A program made the translations under genes and the position numbers. A model generated the notes under the pieces. That model ran no database searches. It was not told the DNA's origin and saw only the letters and a program-made list of their open reading frames with translations. A stretch of DNA of 63,781 nt, filler included, from Collodictyon triciliatum (taxonomy: Eukaryota): the NCBI GenBank assembly GCA_043381765.1. It is 3 parts of 3 records of this genome, joined end to end, with 100 filler letters (N's around TTAATTAATTAA, not from the genome) between each part and the next. Parts side by side here need not be neighbours in the genome. Positions count along the whole stretch, not along the records: positions 1 to 28,588 come from JBHJMP010000937.1; 2 more parts are not named here. The stretch is one strand, 5' to 3'. Below are positions 1 to 14,371 of this stretch, piece after piece. Numbering within the stretch: the stretch's first letter is position 1; each line of letters opens with the position of its first letter.

Positions 1-239
1 TCCCAGTTGGTGACGATTCCGTGCTCAATGGGGTACTTGAGGGTCAGGATACCACGCTTGGCCTGGGCCTCGTCTCCGACAAAGGAGTCCTTGTCGCCAG
101 CACCAACCATCATAGCCTGGTGGCGGGGGCGGCCGACAATGGAGGGGAAGACGGCGCGGGGGGCATCGTCTCCGGCGAAGCCGGCTTTGCACATTCCGGA
201 GCCGTTGTCAACAACGAGGGCTTGAAGATCATCAGACAT
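1..239 (-). CDS. act: Actin, 5' part (runs off the window edge)
   Basis: Minus strand reads [79 protein letters not shown]. The ATG is in a GCCACCATG context and no intron is visible. Confidence 0.98.
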   Translation of the reverse strand, partial: MSDDLQALVVDNGSGMCKAGFAGDDAPRAVFPSIVGRPRHQAMMVGAGDKDSFVGDEAQAKRGILTLKYPIEHGIVTNW

Positions 240-365
240 GGTGGCGGGGTGGAGCGGAGGCTTGGGTAGCGGGCGTGTGGGCGGGCTGGAGTGGCAAGTG
301 ACTTTGGATGAACTTGGGTGTCACGAGGGAAAAGAGCCGGGAGAAATCACGGCCGCGACAATCCG

Positions 366-375
366 CCTATTTATA
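366..375 (-). promoter_or_regulatory. Probable TATA box of the actin gene
   Basis: TATAAATAGG on the minus strand, about 130 nt upstream of the actin ATG. Confidence 0.5.
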
Positions 376-1973
376 CTCGGCTGTTTCCTGCTTTATGGCG
401 ACAAGTCGCACATTTTTTGATAAATACTATTCCGTCTGCAATGGCAAAACTGGGCTGGTGGGGTTGTTGTGATGCTCTGTCAATTTTTTTGTTGTTTGTT
501 TTTTCGATGGGTGTTTGATTTCCCGCCTGTTTCGGTGCACTAGGTTTGTCATAAGGCGCCTAGTGGGTTCTTAAGGTGGGTCATAGGCTGAAGCAGGATA
601 GAGACCCGGCCATGTCTTCTTCCCGCCACGAGGAATGAACCAATATTTATCTATAAGTGGATGATTCTTCATTGAAAAATCTCTTTTGGTACTATTCACT
701 GAAGAAATGTTTTCCCGCCAACCAGCGCTTGCGTGGCAGACAACGCAACTTTGGAGAGTTTATTTGGAATTTTAGTTGGAACATTAATGGAAAGGGTTCA
801 TATGTGGAATTATTGATTTTCTCCCGAGGCACCCTCCCGAGACCATTGGGAAAGCACGCGGGATTGGCCTTCGTCGCTCCGCGATCACCCGAGCCGCGAA
901 ACCTGTGATGAGATTAGGGTCTGAACAAGCAGCCAACGCCACGACAGCACCCGCGGGACTGGAACACCAGACAGCGTCAGTCATTCCACACCCCAAAGCG
1001 TACCGCGCCGGCCCCTGGTAGGCCTGCTTCATGTCGTATTGGGACAAAGGCCTCCTTGGAATAAAGTGTCGCGCTCGGCTGCAACAGCAAGTTGCCACAT
1101 TTTGGTTTTTTTGTTGTATTTTATGCAGATATTCCCCTATTGTTGCAAGCCAGGGGGTTGTGTTTGGCTTGGCCACGGAATCCCTAGACTCTAGAGTGCG
1201 TTGCGCTGTTGCGGATTTGCCGGCTGAACCGTGCAACTCTCTCCTCGCCGTCTATATCTCCCTTGTTGTGCTCGCGGTGGGGTTGGGGGTTCGGCCAGAG
1301 GGATGAAGAGCACCAGTCTCTTATGTTTGCATTTCTGGAAAATAATTATATTCTAAAAATTATACTTGATTTGTATCTATTTTGAATATGCAGAGACTAA
1401 AAGTTGTTCATACATATACTATAAATCGATTAATGATACAGAATAAGTTTTTGGTGCTGCAGGGTACTGAATACTGGGAAATTGTCAAATATTTATCTAA
1501 AAGCGCTCCTTTCTGTTGAAAATGTCCAACTTTCTGTCTTTACTAGCCGCCCTTTCAAAGGCGGGTGTCCAGAGAACGTTCCATTGATCTTGTGCAAGCC
1601 AACCGATCTGATCAAGAGCAGGATCAAAGAAAAGAAAAAGAGAGAGAAAAAAAAGATCAAGGAAAGACACTCTGGTTGCGCCGTCGCCACCCGCTCACAG
1701 GGAGTTTTTTTTTTTGTTGCTTCACATCGGTGCTTCTTGGTTACGTGGCCAAAGAACCGAACCAACTCACCAAACAATATTGAACCTGACCCATGTGTTA
1801 GAGGCGCAGAAACCCTGCTCCACGATGGTAAAGAGCTTCGCCGACAAAGGGCCTCACTCCTTGCTCTGACTTTTCCACCCTCCCTTCTCAACTTGAATCC
1901 TAGTGGTGCTCTTAAATTAAAACAGAACCGTAGTACTGTAGGATCACAACCACTTCGTAGCAGACGTCGCAGA

Positions 1974-3752
1974 ATGTCCTTCCAGCCCTATGTGAATAAC
2001 GGAGGGTGGAGCTTATTTCATCTTTTTCTTTCTTTTTTTACCTTCACTATGACATTATTTTCGACGAGTCTAAATCATTAACTGAGTTAAAATAAATTGT
2101 ATACATAACGCTTCTGTTGCTCTGAAGACACTCTTATTATTCCTCCACCTTTTTATTTTTAACTTTTTTATTTTTTTTACTAAATTGGCTCAAAGTTCAT
2201 CACCTTATCGCGGAACACCTCGCAGCTTTCCATAATTCCGGGCCTCGCCCCTAAAAAGTTTTCCCTCACCTGTAGCACTTGCCTTGCCGTCTCTGGTCCA
2301 GACTATTGCATCGTCGCAGGGGACTCTCGCCTTAGCAAGGGCTTTTCGATCCTCTCAAGAAATGTTCCTAAGCTCTTCCAACTGTGAGTTTTTTTCTTTC
2401 AGTTTTGTAGTGACAGTTCGATACCGCATTAAGGTTTATTGAGGCTCCACTGCAAGGATAGGAAACAAAACACCGTTCCTTCCCCCTTTTTTTTTCTATG
2501 AATATTTCTTTCTTTCAAGTCTTTTTAAATTAGGTTAAGACAATCTTCAATTGTTTTGGAGGTTGCTGTCTGCGGCCATCTTATTTATGTTGTGCCTTTT
2601 TTTATTTATTAAATACACATTTGGGTGAAAAACGTCTTCTTTATATTATAGAACCGACAAGGTTGTCTTGGCAACATCTGGAATGCTTGCTGATGCTATC
2701 ACACTCCGTAAGGTACTCCAACATCGTATCGAGATGTACCAACACCAGCACGGAAAAGCCCCCAGTGTCTATGCACTGAACAGGTATCTGTCATTCTTTT
2801 CTTTTGGCTCATTCACCTTCATTATATTGGTGTAACCCACCACTGTGATTTTGCTGTGTACTTTTCTCTTGTAGTGTTTGAAGGTATTCGAGATACTTTG
2901 CCCCTTTTCTTACGGATTGAATCTTATGCCTCAGATTGCTCTCCAACTTGCTTTACTACAAGCGGTTCTTTCCCTATTACACTTTCAACCTTCTGGCAGG
3001 CGTAGATGAGAATGGTTTTTTTTATATTCATATGTATTTGTATCAATTGCCGTTATGCGAGTGTTGAAGTTATTACAGATTCTTCTTCTACGCAATCCGT
3101 CAGTCTTAAAGCCAATATTTATAACGTATATAGGAAAGGGTGTCGTTTTCAACTACGATGCAATTGGCTCTGATGAACTGGTCAGTGGGAGTGTGTCTGG
3201 AACTGGAAGCACCCTGATGAGGCCTTTCCTTGACAATCAAGTAGGATGATGACAAAAAATACCCTACTGTATATATTGTCTGGCATTGGAAAGCTATCAT
3301 GTTTAAAAATGTACTTTCATAATACCAAGAGGAGATATTCAATCAGCATGTACCCAAAATATCATTAGGTCGACCAGAAGAACATCCAAGGAGCGCTTCC
3401 CAGAGACCTTGGTTTCGAGGATGCTCGTGACTTGGTCAAGGATAGCTTCAACTCTGCTGGTCAGTTACCTTTGAACAAATATGATTTTTTTTATTCGGAT
3501 GTCATCTTAGCCACAGAAGCTGAGGAGAAAAAAAGAAGAAGAAATGGAAGAAAACCCATTTACCACAAAGCAATCAATCAATCTTGCAGTATTTCGGTTT
3601 GTTTGACAATACGACCTGTTGTAATTGATATACCCTCAATATTTCTTTATGAAACAGCCGAACGAGACATCTACACGGGCGACTATCTAGACCTGTGGGT
3701 CATCCGCGCAGACGGCATCCACAAAGAGAGACACGAATTACGCTTCGACTAA
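1974..3752 (+). CDS. PSMB1: 20S proteasome subunit beta type-1 (beta6/PRE7), 7 exons
   Basis: GT-AG splicing gives [31 protein letters not shown]...[25 protein letters not shown]...AERDIYTGD...ELRFD*. Confidence 0.95.
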
Positions 3753-5037
3753 GACGCCCTTCAATCAGCGTTGCGAAAATAAAGATACCGGAAAATACCC
3801 ACACGCTGACACAAGAGGACAGCACCAACAAAGAGCCCTGTGTGTAGGTCGTGGCCTTTCCGAAAGTGGAAGTGAGTAATGATACGGTACATAAAGATCC
3901 ATAATCCACAGATGGAACATAGAACCTAAGATTATAGTCTTCAATAGTCAGTTACGCTATGTTAGCACGCGTTGACCACACCATGCACTTACCGAATTTT
4001 TCCACAAAAACATAATTTCTACGAATGTCCAGCGACTATTATGCACGCCCAAACGGATACATTTCTGTGAATTGCTCGCGTCAAAGCTCGCGCCATGATC
4101 GTGGAAACAAATCTGCCAATCCATCACTGATGTAACACCCGGCCCAATGCTGATCCTAACTCCTGCAGCAACTCACCGTAAAGCCGGTGGCATTGTCGGG
4201 GTTGCTGGGCCCACTTGGACAACCTCAATGGAAATATATGTTTTTTTTTATAAGGCATTAAGTGGACGTTGAGACAAGGACAAAGATGTCTTGATTCCCT
4301 CCCACGCCTGTAAAAGGCTTTCCTCCGCAAGGCCCTTAAAAGCAGAACCACCCGACTGTTGGATTGGTCCTTTCCTTTCCCTAGATCTATTTTTATGTTT
4401 ATTGAACAGATTTTCTGATGGCTTCAATCTCGCACTTTATGCTATGTGAAGACTTTATCAGGCTTTTCTTTTTCTTCTGAAGTGTTTGAACAAGTCAACG
4501 TCCACTTAGTCGCCAAGGTCGCACTGAGTTCCTCTCGTCGCTCATTCTTTCCAGCCTCCTTCAGTATACTGAATTACTCGGCGTTGCGTCTGGGTTGTGT
4601 TGGGAAAGACAGTGATAATGGATCGGACAGAAGCGTGTTTCAAGGGCACTGAAGTCCTCTTTTCAAAGAGGAAGCACAAACCCTCGTAATTGAACAGAAA
4701 AAAAATTGCTGAAAAAAAGTGCAAATCGAATACGCCTCGTCTCTTCTGCTCCGCCCGGCACTTGGTTTCAGTCACAGCAAACACAACTTTCTTGTTGACT
4801 TGTCGTTTTGCTTTCTGCTCTAATTTTTAACTCAAAAGTGCCGGGGGGTTATTCCTCGCGTTAAGCAAAGCAAAACCAAAAAAAAATAAAATAAAATAAT
4901 AGTTTTGAAAGTTTCCAGAGACCGTGGAATGCGGCTCACTTGCTTAGATTCCATGAGTTACCTATGTTTTCAGAGATCTACTTTACTAATCATTGAAACA
5001 TAACATAGAAAGCCAGAACCTTTGTAGCCTCTCCGAA

Positions 5038-7111
5038 ATGATCATCGTAGAGTACCGTATGCCCCTTCCACTCACCGTTGAAGAGGTTTGCTTTTCTCCT
5101 CAGATTCCGGTCCCTCTCCCCAATCCTGAATACGTGCTTCACAGCGATCTTTAGAAACATAGGAGGTTCTGATCACCACACTTTTTGTTTTCTCAACTAA
5201 TGGAAAGGAAAACAAAACATCACGCGATCAATTCCACACAATAATGCGCTCAAGGGCCTGAAGCTTTTCCAAACTGACTGGAACGCGCAATAAAATCCCT
5301 TTACCAACACTTAGTACAACATCGCCCAACTCTACATGGTCAGCAAGGCCAGTGAACAGCAAACCGGTGGCGGTGAGGGAATCGAAATCATCAAGAACGA
5401 GCCCTACGAAAATGCCACAGAGAAGGGGCAGTATACTCAAAAGATTCTTCATTTAAAGAGGTAAGGCAACAAAGCCTATGGGGTCGAAACGACTAGCGTA
5501 AATAAGGAACATTTTTTTGTTACACATCAACACGAAAAACTCAACATGACTATGGATATGCAGCCGCATTCCAAGATGGCTTGGAGCTGTTCTCCCATCA
5601 GGAGCTCTTCAATTCCACGAGGAAGCTTGGAACGCCTACCCCAGCTGCAAGACTGGTTTGATTCTCATAATACAGTCATATCACAATACATTCACATATT
5701 ACTTTCCCTTCTTATTGTTTCATCCTGCTCAATTTGCTATAAATTGTAACCATAAAATCCTGGCTGCTATATACATCTCAGCTTACTCTGTAAGTATTAC
5801 ACTCGAGCATAAAATTTTATGGAGATACTTTATATGATCATTCTCATGATAGTTATGATGCGTCCTTTGTGTGCACATGCCACATTTTTTTTTGAAAACG
5901 CTTGTATATTTTGTAATATCCTCCCTGCCTGTGTCCTAGTGTCCCTATTTTGGTGCCAAGTTCTCGATTGAGGTTATCTCTCGCTACGTCGCTGACACTG
6001 GAGACCAAGACAATGTATGATTAGACAAATGTCTCTTCTGAAGAAATGCTGTTAAATTTCACAAAATTCGGGTTACATTTGCTCATCGCATATCCACCTA
6101 TTGAAAAAGGTTTTTGGACTCACGCCTGAGGAGCTGAAGACTCGTGAAGTGGAATATATTGACATCTCAAACGATCCGATTGACGCTGGCTCGTACAAGA
6201 AGTAATTTTGGACTCTTAAATATTAATATGCTTGTGCAACATATCCAGGCTGGTGTTACGAGTAGCTGTCTGATGTTTGACTTGATATTTAATTTTAGAC
6301 AGCCTTGTTAAAAATATGATTGGCACTTTGAATCCACCTAGGGAAGAGGACCCCAAGCTCTTCAAATCCCAGAAGGCCGGACGAGGTCCATGGGACACCA
6401 AGGACTGGCGCAAAACTGCTCAGCCCATCATGACATGCTACAAACTCTGCAAGGTCCATGTTCAGCTGTGGCCCCTTCAAACAAAGATCGAGCGCTTTGT
6501 CCATCAGGTTGCTCAATTTTTCATTCATTCATATGGCCCATAGTGAACTGTCCCATACAAACCCAGCAGCTCATAACAGCTCTTTTAATTTTTCTTTTTA
6601 TCAGTTCGCTGATTTTTTTTCCATCTTCCTTCTTTATCTTAGAGTGCTCTCCGTGATACCTTCTTCAAGACTCACCGTCAGGTTCGAATTGACAAATATC
6701 TTACAAATTCAAAGCACTGTCAGGGGACTGTAAAAGAAAGAACAATATAAAAGTGAAATTTCGAACGATCCAGAAAGATAATTAGGAGAATCAAACGTGC
6801 TCATATTCCCCTTGAATCTTTGTCAGTGCGTTTGCTGGATGGACGAGTGGTTTGGCCTGACCATCGCTGATATCCGCCGCATTGAGGAAGAGACCAAGGA
6901 GAAGCTAAGAAAGCAGGTTCGTCTGCGCCCTAACATCCACTTATCACACATTAAGCCATCCCATATCACTTCTATCCGCCTTGTCCCTTCCAAACCACGC
7001 GGGGCAACTCGCAACTTTTTTTCTTGATATTCGTACTAAAACATCTAACCAAAAAAAAAAAAAAATAACTCGTAGATCGAAGCCAGCCAAGCATCCTCAG
7101 CTACAGCCTAA
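5038..7111 (+). CDS. Phosphatidylinositol transfer protein (START-fold PITP), 10 exons including an 8-nt microexon
   Basis: [25 protein letters not shown]...[15 protein letters not shown]...[16 protein letters not shown]...MTCYKL...[27 protein letters not shown]. These are canonical PITP motifs. Confidence 0.95.
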
Positions 7112-7526
7112 GTCCAGCAACCCTGAATCCTGCGGGCTCGTTGGTCTGCGCTGGCTATGAGGCATGCGCCACAGCACAATACGGGACTGTATCAGCCCGT
7201 TCCTCCACCGCTCAGTTTTCCTCTTTTGTTATGCTCCTCTCGTTGCCTTCCTGGTGGACTCGCTCTTAATTACACACACATAACCACACACCCAAATGCC
7301 ACTATTTTAACCCACCGACCCTATCTATCAGGCAGACCATAAAAAAAGATGCTATGACACGCTGTCCACAAGGCTGAAGCACAGACGTCGTTCATTTTAT
7401 TTCCCCTCCTTCTATCGGCTATAGTAAATCCAGTGAAAAGTAGAGAGAAGTGCAGCCAGGCAGGCCTGTTGATATGAGGATGGGTGGATGAGGCTGAGGA
7501 GCAGCAGCAGTCTCGGGAGGAGCAGC

Positions 7527-10219
7527 CTACTCAAGCGACCCGGTCGACAGTCGCTTCGAGCTCGACCTGGTGCGCGATTGACGTGGCGATGAGATGCAGA
7601 TGAGAGGCAAAACACTATGTGGCTAGCCTGCTGTTCAGCACAAACTTTATCTGGTTCAGAAGGTCTGCCTGGTAGGCTAGATTCCGCTCCATGCGCGCGC
7701 GGGCTGCGTCCACCTCCCTCCTGAAAGAAAGAAGGGAAACGTTAGGTTGAAGGATAGCACTTTGCCGTAATTATTTGGCAGGCACCGCCAAAGTGGCTGA
7801 GGGGGGTAGGTATACTTTTCGGCATCCGAGGCTGCCTGCATTGTTCTGGCCAGTTCCTGTGCCATTCTCTCCTTCTCAAGTTGCTGCGCGCGTAAACGAG
7901 CATGGTGAATGAGGCAAATCTTTCTCTTGCCTTTTGAATTTTTATTTTATTTTATTTATTAATGAATAGGAATCAACAAACCCGAATACGTTTTTTTTCC
8001 TCGACCTGCTCCAACTGGAACTGCTTGGTCACCGCAGCCCCTTCGAATTTCCTGTGCTTGTCTCTCTCTTCTCGCTCTTTCAATCGCTGCTCCATTTTTT
8101 CCTGCTCCGTTTGTGCCTTCTCTTGTTCCTGAATGCAAGTAAAAGACCAGAATTCCAAGGGGAGTTTCAATTAATATCATGCAGCGTTGCAGCAAAGAAG
8201 AAGCGAAATGGGGCGCGGTTGATAAGTGTCTAGAAAAAGTCACCATCTGGATTTTAAGTTGGGTATCATCTATAATCTTCTGGAAGGAGGAGACATGGTG
8301 GTCCTGCTTCTGTATGAGCTTCATTCGGGCCTCTAACCTTTCCTTCTCCTGTAAAAAGAAGTTTATCCCACCCATCACAACCCTGAAATAAAAGGACTTT
8401 ACTGGATAAAGGGGACAGAAAGGCAAACCCTCTGTGTAAGCATCTCTTCCACTTCTTTGGCAGCCCTTAGCCTTTGCTCTTCCTATTTCCGAATCATTTT
8501 GTAATCTGGCCACTAGACTAAAAAGAAAGAACATGTATGCGATTCATATTATTATTATTATTATGTGTAGATGAAACCTCTTCGTGTTGTTTTTGCTTTG
8601 CGAGCCTGACTTCATCTTCCTTTCTCTTCAGCTCACTCTCAAGGGCGTGGAGAGCCTATATATGATGTTCAGTGTTGATATGATTGTGAAAATAGGGCCT
8701 GCCATGGTGGTGAATACTCACATCCATTTTCTTTTGTCTACTGAGCTCTTTCTGTAGCTACATGCGCGATAAACAATAAAGTTTAATACGATATAATAAC
8801 GTAACAGGGCAACAAATCAAATAAAGGAAAAAAAGTGTAACAACAATAACAAAAGGGTGCTTGATTGGAAGTTACCAAAGCCTCTTTCATCAGCTCGGAG
8901 TCACTTTTGACGACCATGACCTTCCCATTTGTTTTTTGAATCGGTGTTGAGTTGCTTCCAGGTAATATTGAAGCATCACTCTTTTGCACCATCCAAAGTG
9001 ACATAATAATGATGAGAATAATTACGTGCACAAGTGTAGGTTTACAACAGAATACCTTCCATCAATTTATTGTTATCGAGGGGCTGTGGTAATGGAAGTA
9101 GGTATGATTTACGCTCATGTGGTGTTTCTGGTCTCCCAGCTGGTCTGCGCTGAAGCTGTGTTCGACCTGTGTATGTTTAATCAGCGACGGGTAATGTTCT
9201 GGAAGAGGCGAATCAAGACAGCAGCATTTTATTTCATCAAATAAGTGTGACAAACCATCGGAATCGGACTGGACGCTGCTTGTTGAGGCTTTTTTTTTTG
9301 TAATTTTTTTTTAAAAAAAAAGAAAAACGAACAATGTGAAAAAGGACACGATACAATCAAGCAGTTGAAATGAGTGGGATTGTGATTCTGAGCTTACGTC
9401 TCGTGCCTGAGGGGTTGTCTGATTCAGTGGGGCGATAACTAAATGTCGTATGGCAGGATACATGATTAGTTGGAGACTCCATCTGAGCTATCGGGCGAGT
9501 CTCTTACCTTGCGGTTTCTTTGTTGACCGATGTTGTGCGTGGACAGGCTTTGGCTCCGACACCTAAGAAAACAACCGCGTTGAGTTTTGTGCGACAATTT
9601 GAGAGGATGACACTAGGGAGCATCTTTCACCTGTGCATGAACTGGATCCACATATAATACAAAGAAATGAGACCTTGTTTTCTAGGGCGCTCTTTACACT
9701 GAATTCCTTTGCCTTCTCTCTCTCAAGTAACTTTCTGGCACGAAGGAGCTCTAGGTTGCGCTGTGTAGGCGTCATATGTTGGGCGGCGGGGGACTTGCTT
9801 CTTTTCTTTTTACTGAATAAACAGTATGGGTATTAGAATGAACGATACAAAGGTCTTTGCCATTATTCATACTCGTTTCTTTCCCTTTCCCTTTGCGCGT
9901 CACAAAATACCCTGGACAATCCCCAGCTTGCAGAGCTTCGTCTGTGTTGTTTGCTGTTGTTTGCAGGATCTGCAGATTGATTCCCCACTTTAACGGTTGG
10001 GGTCACTTGCTTTTGTGTTGGCTGTTGAGGGGAGCGCAACGGATTCCATGTTTGGAATTAGCAAGTGAAATCCCTTTTGCGGAATAACTTTGTTTCAGGC
10101 AAGGTTTTGTTTGACGCCACCACTGCCATTTTTGGAGTGAGCAGAGCGGACGCGAGACCAGGGCGGGTTGGGGTGAGTAGCTCTCCACCAAGGGTGTTGT
10201 TGTGAGGTCTGGGTTTCAT
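7527..10219 (-). CDS. Multi-exon hypothetical protein with an E/K/R/Q-rich coiled-coil C-terminal half (trichoplein/TPH-like character)
   Basis: A chain of minus-strand GT-AG exons, e.g. EKERLEARMKLIQKQD, EQEKAQTEQEKMEQRLKERE and REVDAARARMERNLAYQADLLNQIK. Both ends and the 5' exons are uncertain. Confidence 0.55.
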
Positions 10220-10875
10220 CTTGTAACATCGTAAAACCCCGTTTTCATCTTCAATTAGTCTGCGTGGAAGTGTTCTGCAGTATCAATGCGTTGTAAAGTA
10301 AGTCGCAGCGCACGCAGTGACCAGAAGCCTTTCACATTTGGTGGGTGCTCTATAGTTCAGAACACAGAAAGGGGTTTGCGAATATTATTTTTATTTTCTG
10401 GAGAGTAATTATACAAGATAGTTTTGAGACTCGGATAGTCTTGAATTGTTTTTGTTTCATGCGCAATAGAGAACCCCGATGGGTTTGTATCGTGTCTAGG
10501 CTAAATGCAATAATAATCAATCGCAACTATAATCGTACTTTGTCGGAGATGGAATAGTACCGATTGGAGGTATTTCCAGATATAAAGTACAAGAGAATTG
10601 TTCATCCAAACCACGGGTTCTACCGACATCAGGATTGGTTTCACATCTTTGATATCGCGTAGCAGCATAGGGATTGCAGACATCGCACGCAATACAGACA
10701 AATCATTCTACAACACAGTAAAAGCCCATCACGGTCTGGAATGGATTATTGTTATCGAAAGTGTTGCATAAGATGCGACCGCAGGGCGTTTGAGGCTTCC
10801 GGAATCACCAAAAAAAAAAAACGAAAGTAGTAAAGAGTTTATCTACCTATTTACTTTTGCAAACTATAAGGAAAG

Positions 10876-10955
10876 GGCAGTATGGCCGAGTGGTCTAAGG
10901 CGCTAGCTTTAGGCGCTAGTACGAAAGTGCGTGGGTTCAAATCCCACTGCTGTCA
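10876..10955 (+). tRNA. tRNA-Leu, anticodon TAG
   Basis: Acceptor stem GGCAGTA/TGCTGTC, D arm TGGCCGAGTGGTCTAAGGC, anticodon arm CTAGC-TTTAGGC-GCTAG, long variable arm, T loop GGTTCAAATCC, discriminator A. Confidence 0.95.
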
Positions 10956-11136
10956 AACTCTCCATATATTTTTTAAAGGATGGCCGCCTTAGATTTTTTC
11001 TTGGGTCGGAAAGGTTGCATCGTGCTTTGTCAAACTCACTCGAAAGGAGGTTCTCTGAGGAGCGTGGGAGTTGTGGCGCAGTGGCTGTCGAACCGGAAAG
11101 TCACAGACATTCTCCGTTCAGGCGAGGCCAGCACAC

Positions 11137-12295
<1,159 letters not shown>

Positions 12296-12966
12296 GTTCC
12301 ATGGATACCTGTAGTGCGTAGCTATCGGTAACCGATTAAAAGAATACATAAACTACCATTATTAAATGGGTTATATTCAAACTGTTTCTTAACCGACTCA
12401 CAAGCAACACAGCCCGTCTTTACTTTGAGCCTCGTTTTAATTTGGTATGGATGCACTCTCCAGTCTAAATTCATGCCACATTATATTTTCAATTGGAAAG
12501 GGAATGCTGTGTGCATCTCCATAACACTGAACTTTTAATAACTGTATCCGGTGGGAGTTTGTGGAGACGATTTACGTAGAAACAGAATAAGAGCTAATTT
12601 TCTTTTCCCTGTTGTTCCAGGAAATTAAATTGTGGGATTATATTATAGTTAAAAGAGGACGTTTTATTCGACGAGTGGATATGAGCTAACTTTACGTAAA
12701 TATCAAAAAAATCAAAAAAAAAATGATCCGAACGTTAGCCCGATACTCTTATTCATAGATGAATATGGTTTGTTTATGACTGATTTGAAAACACTAACAA
12801 AAAAAAAACAAGATGTAATAAGGATTGTTGTGGGGATTGTTTGTGACCAAGCTGCTTGCTTTTGAGGGTTTGGTGATGTAATGATTTGGATGAAAGGAAG
12901 ATACAACCAGCGAGAGGCTAGAAGAGCACGGGCGATACGAAGAATGAACAACACGAGAAAACACGA

Positions 12967-14371
12967 CTAGGTGCTCTTCCCCCACAGATTTGAGAGTGTG
13001 GACTCGAACGACCAAGGTGGGAATAGCGGTTGAGGATGTTCTACGGGTCGTCCGACAGCAGCACTGGGTTGGATTTGGGAGGCAGACTGTGAAAAAAACT
13101 CTTCAAGTAATAAAGCGTCCAGGATCGACTGCAGCCTGGGTAGAATCTGAGGTGGCGCGGCTTGCTCATGTGTCTCAGCACAAAGAGAAGGGATTAGCTG
13201 AGGGATTTGGGCCGTCTGACAATTGATAGCCTCTTGGCCATTCGTTTGGGGGGCCAATTGACTCGATTTACTCGCAGAGTGTTTCGCCTTGGCTACTTTT
13301 CTTTTCGGATTAGCCCTCCTTGTATTGGACGCTACCTCTGGTGTTGCGCAATGGGTGGATTCTTCAGACAGACGTGACTCTGTTGCGGTCCGCGAGATAG
13401 CAGCCATGTAATTTCGTTCTGGTTTGGCTAGGGGGTTTGTGGGGAACACGAAGGTTTCATTAAGATAATCAGGCGTTGGTGACTGAGATTCGTGAGCGTC
13501 GGTTTCAAGTATAGTTCTAGTGTCTTCAGTATTTGTGTCCAGGGCGACTTCAGTTTCTGTGTCTGCGTCGTCAGGGTGGGCAGTTTCTGCTGTGCCGTGC
13601 CTTTTGCATTTATGTTCCTCGTCGGATGAATCTCCTGGGCGGATGCCGCACAATATCTCATAGAGGCGGTCATTCTATATGCAATCAATGATTCTGTGAT
13701 TATGCACGCGAGGGTGCGAAGGGCGTGTGGGATCAAATGTTTCAGGCAGCGTATTGTTGATTCAATCGATCCCATAATATATGAAATTGTTTTTTTTTTT
13801 TTGATATGACAGACCATGTTTTTATTTACTTATTTTTGTAAATATATGCTTGGGACATGAATTAGCCTGAAGGAGATCAAGTATATACCTTCTTTAATCC
13901 ACCAGGTCTTTCATATCGCTTCCGTATTACTTGTAGGTGACTTGAAATTTGTTTCTGGGTGCGCATTTTTCCAGTCTTTTCCATTATATACCCAGCTATC
14001 ATTTTATTCCGACCTATTGGGTGCGTTCATCGAAGTAAGGCATACGCACGACAAAACTGTGGATTCTATCTCATATTTTTTTTATTTTACAATATCATCC
14101 TGACAAATAAGATAACGAAAAGGAAACACGAAATTATTGCCCCATAGGAGGTGGTTCATCAGAAAGATGGACTCGGTTATCCTCGAGAAAAGAAAAGTCG
14201 CAATGGGACAATAGAAAAAAAAAACAGAAGAGACAAAAGGATGCCAGTATTACCTATGAACTTTGTTCCGTCTTTAACAAGTTTTGTGTCTTTCTCGGGC
14301 GGATAGAGAACCAAAGCTTCCTTCAGCGCCTCTTCTACATCGCGTGCCCACATCGCCCCTCGACGAACCAT
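12967..14371 (-). CDS. TEA/ATTS-domain transcription factor, 3 coding exons
   Basis: Exons 14254-14371, ~13889-14013 and 12967-~13674 give MWARDVEEALKEALVLYPP...GRNKMIAGYIMEKTGKMRTQKQISSHLQVI, matching the TEA consensus W...EALAIYPP...GRNELI..YI...TGK.RT.KQVSSHIQV. A low-complexity tail follows. Confidence 0.9.
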
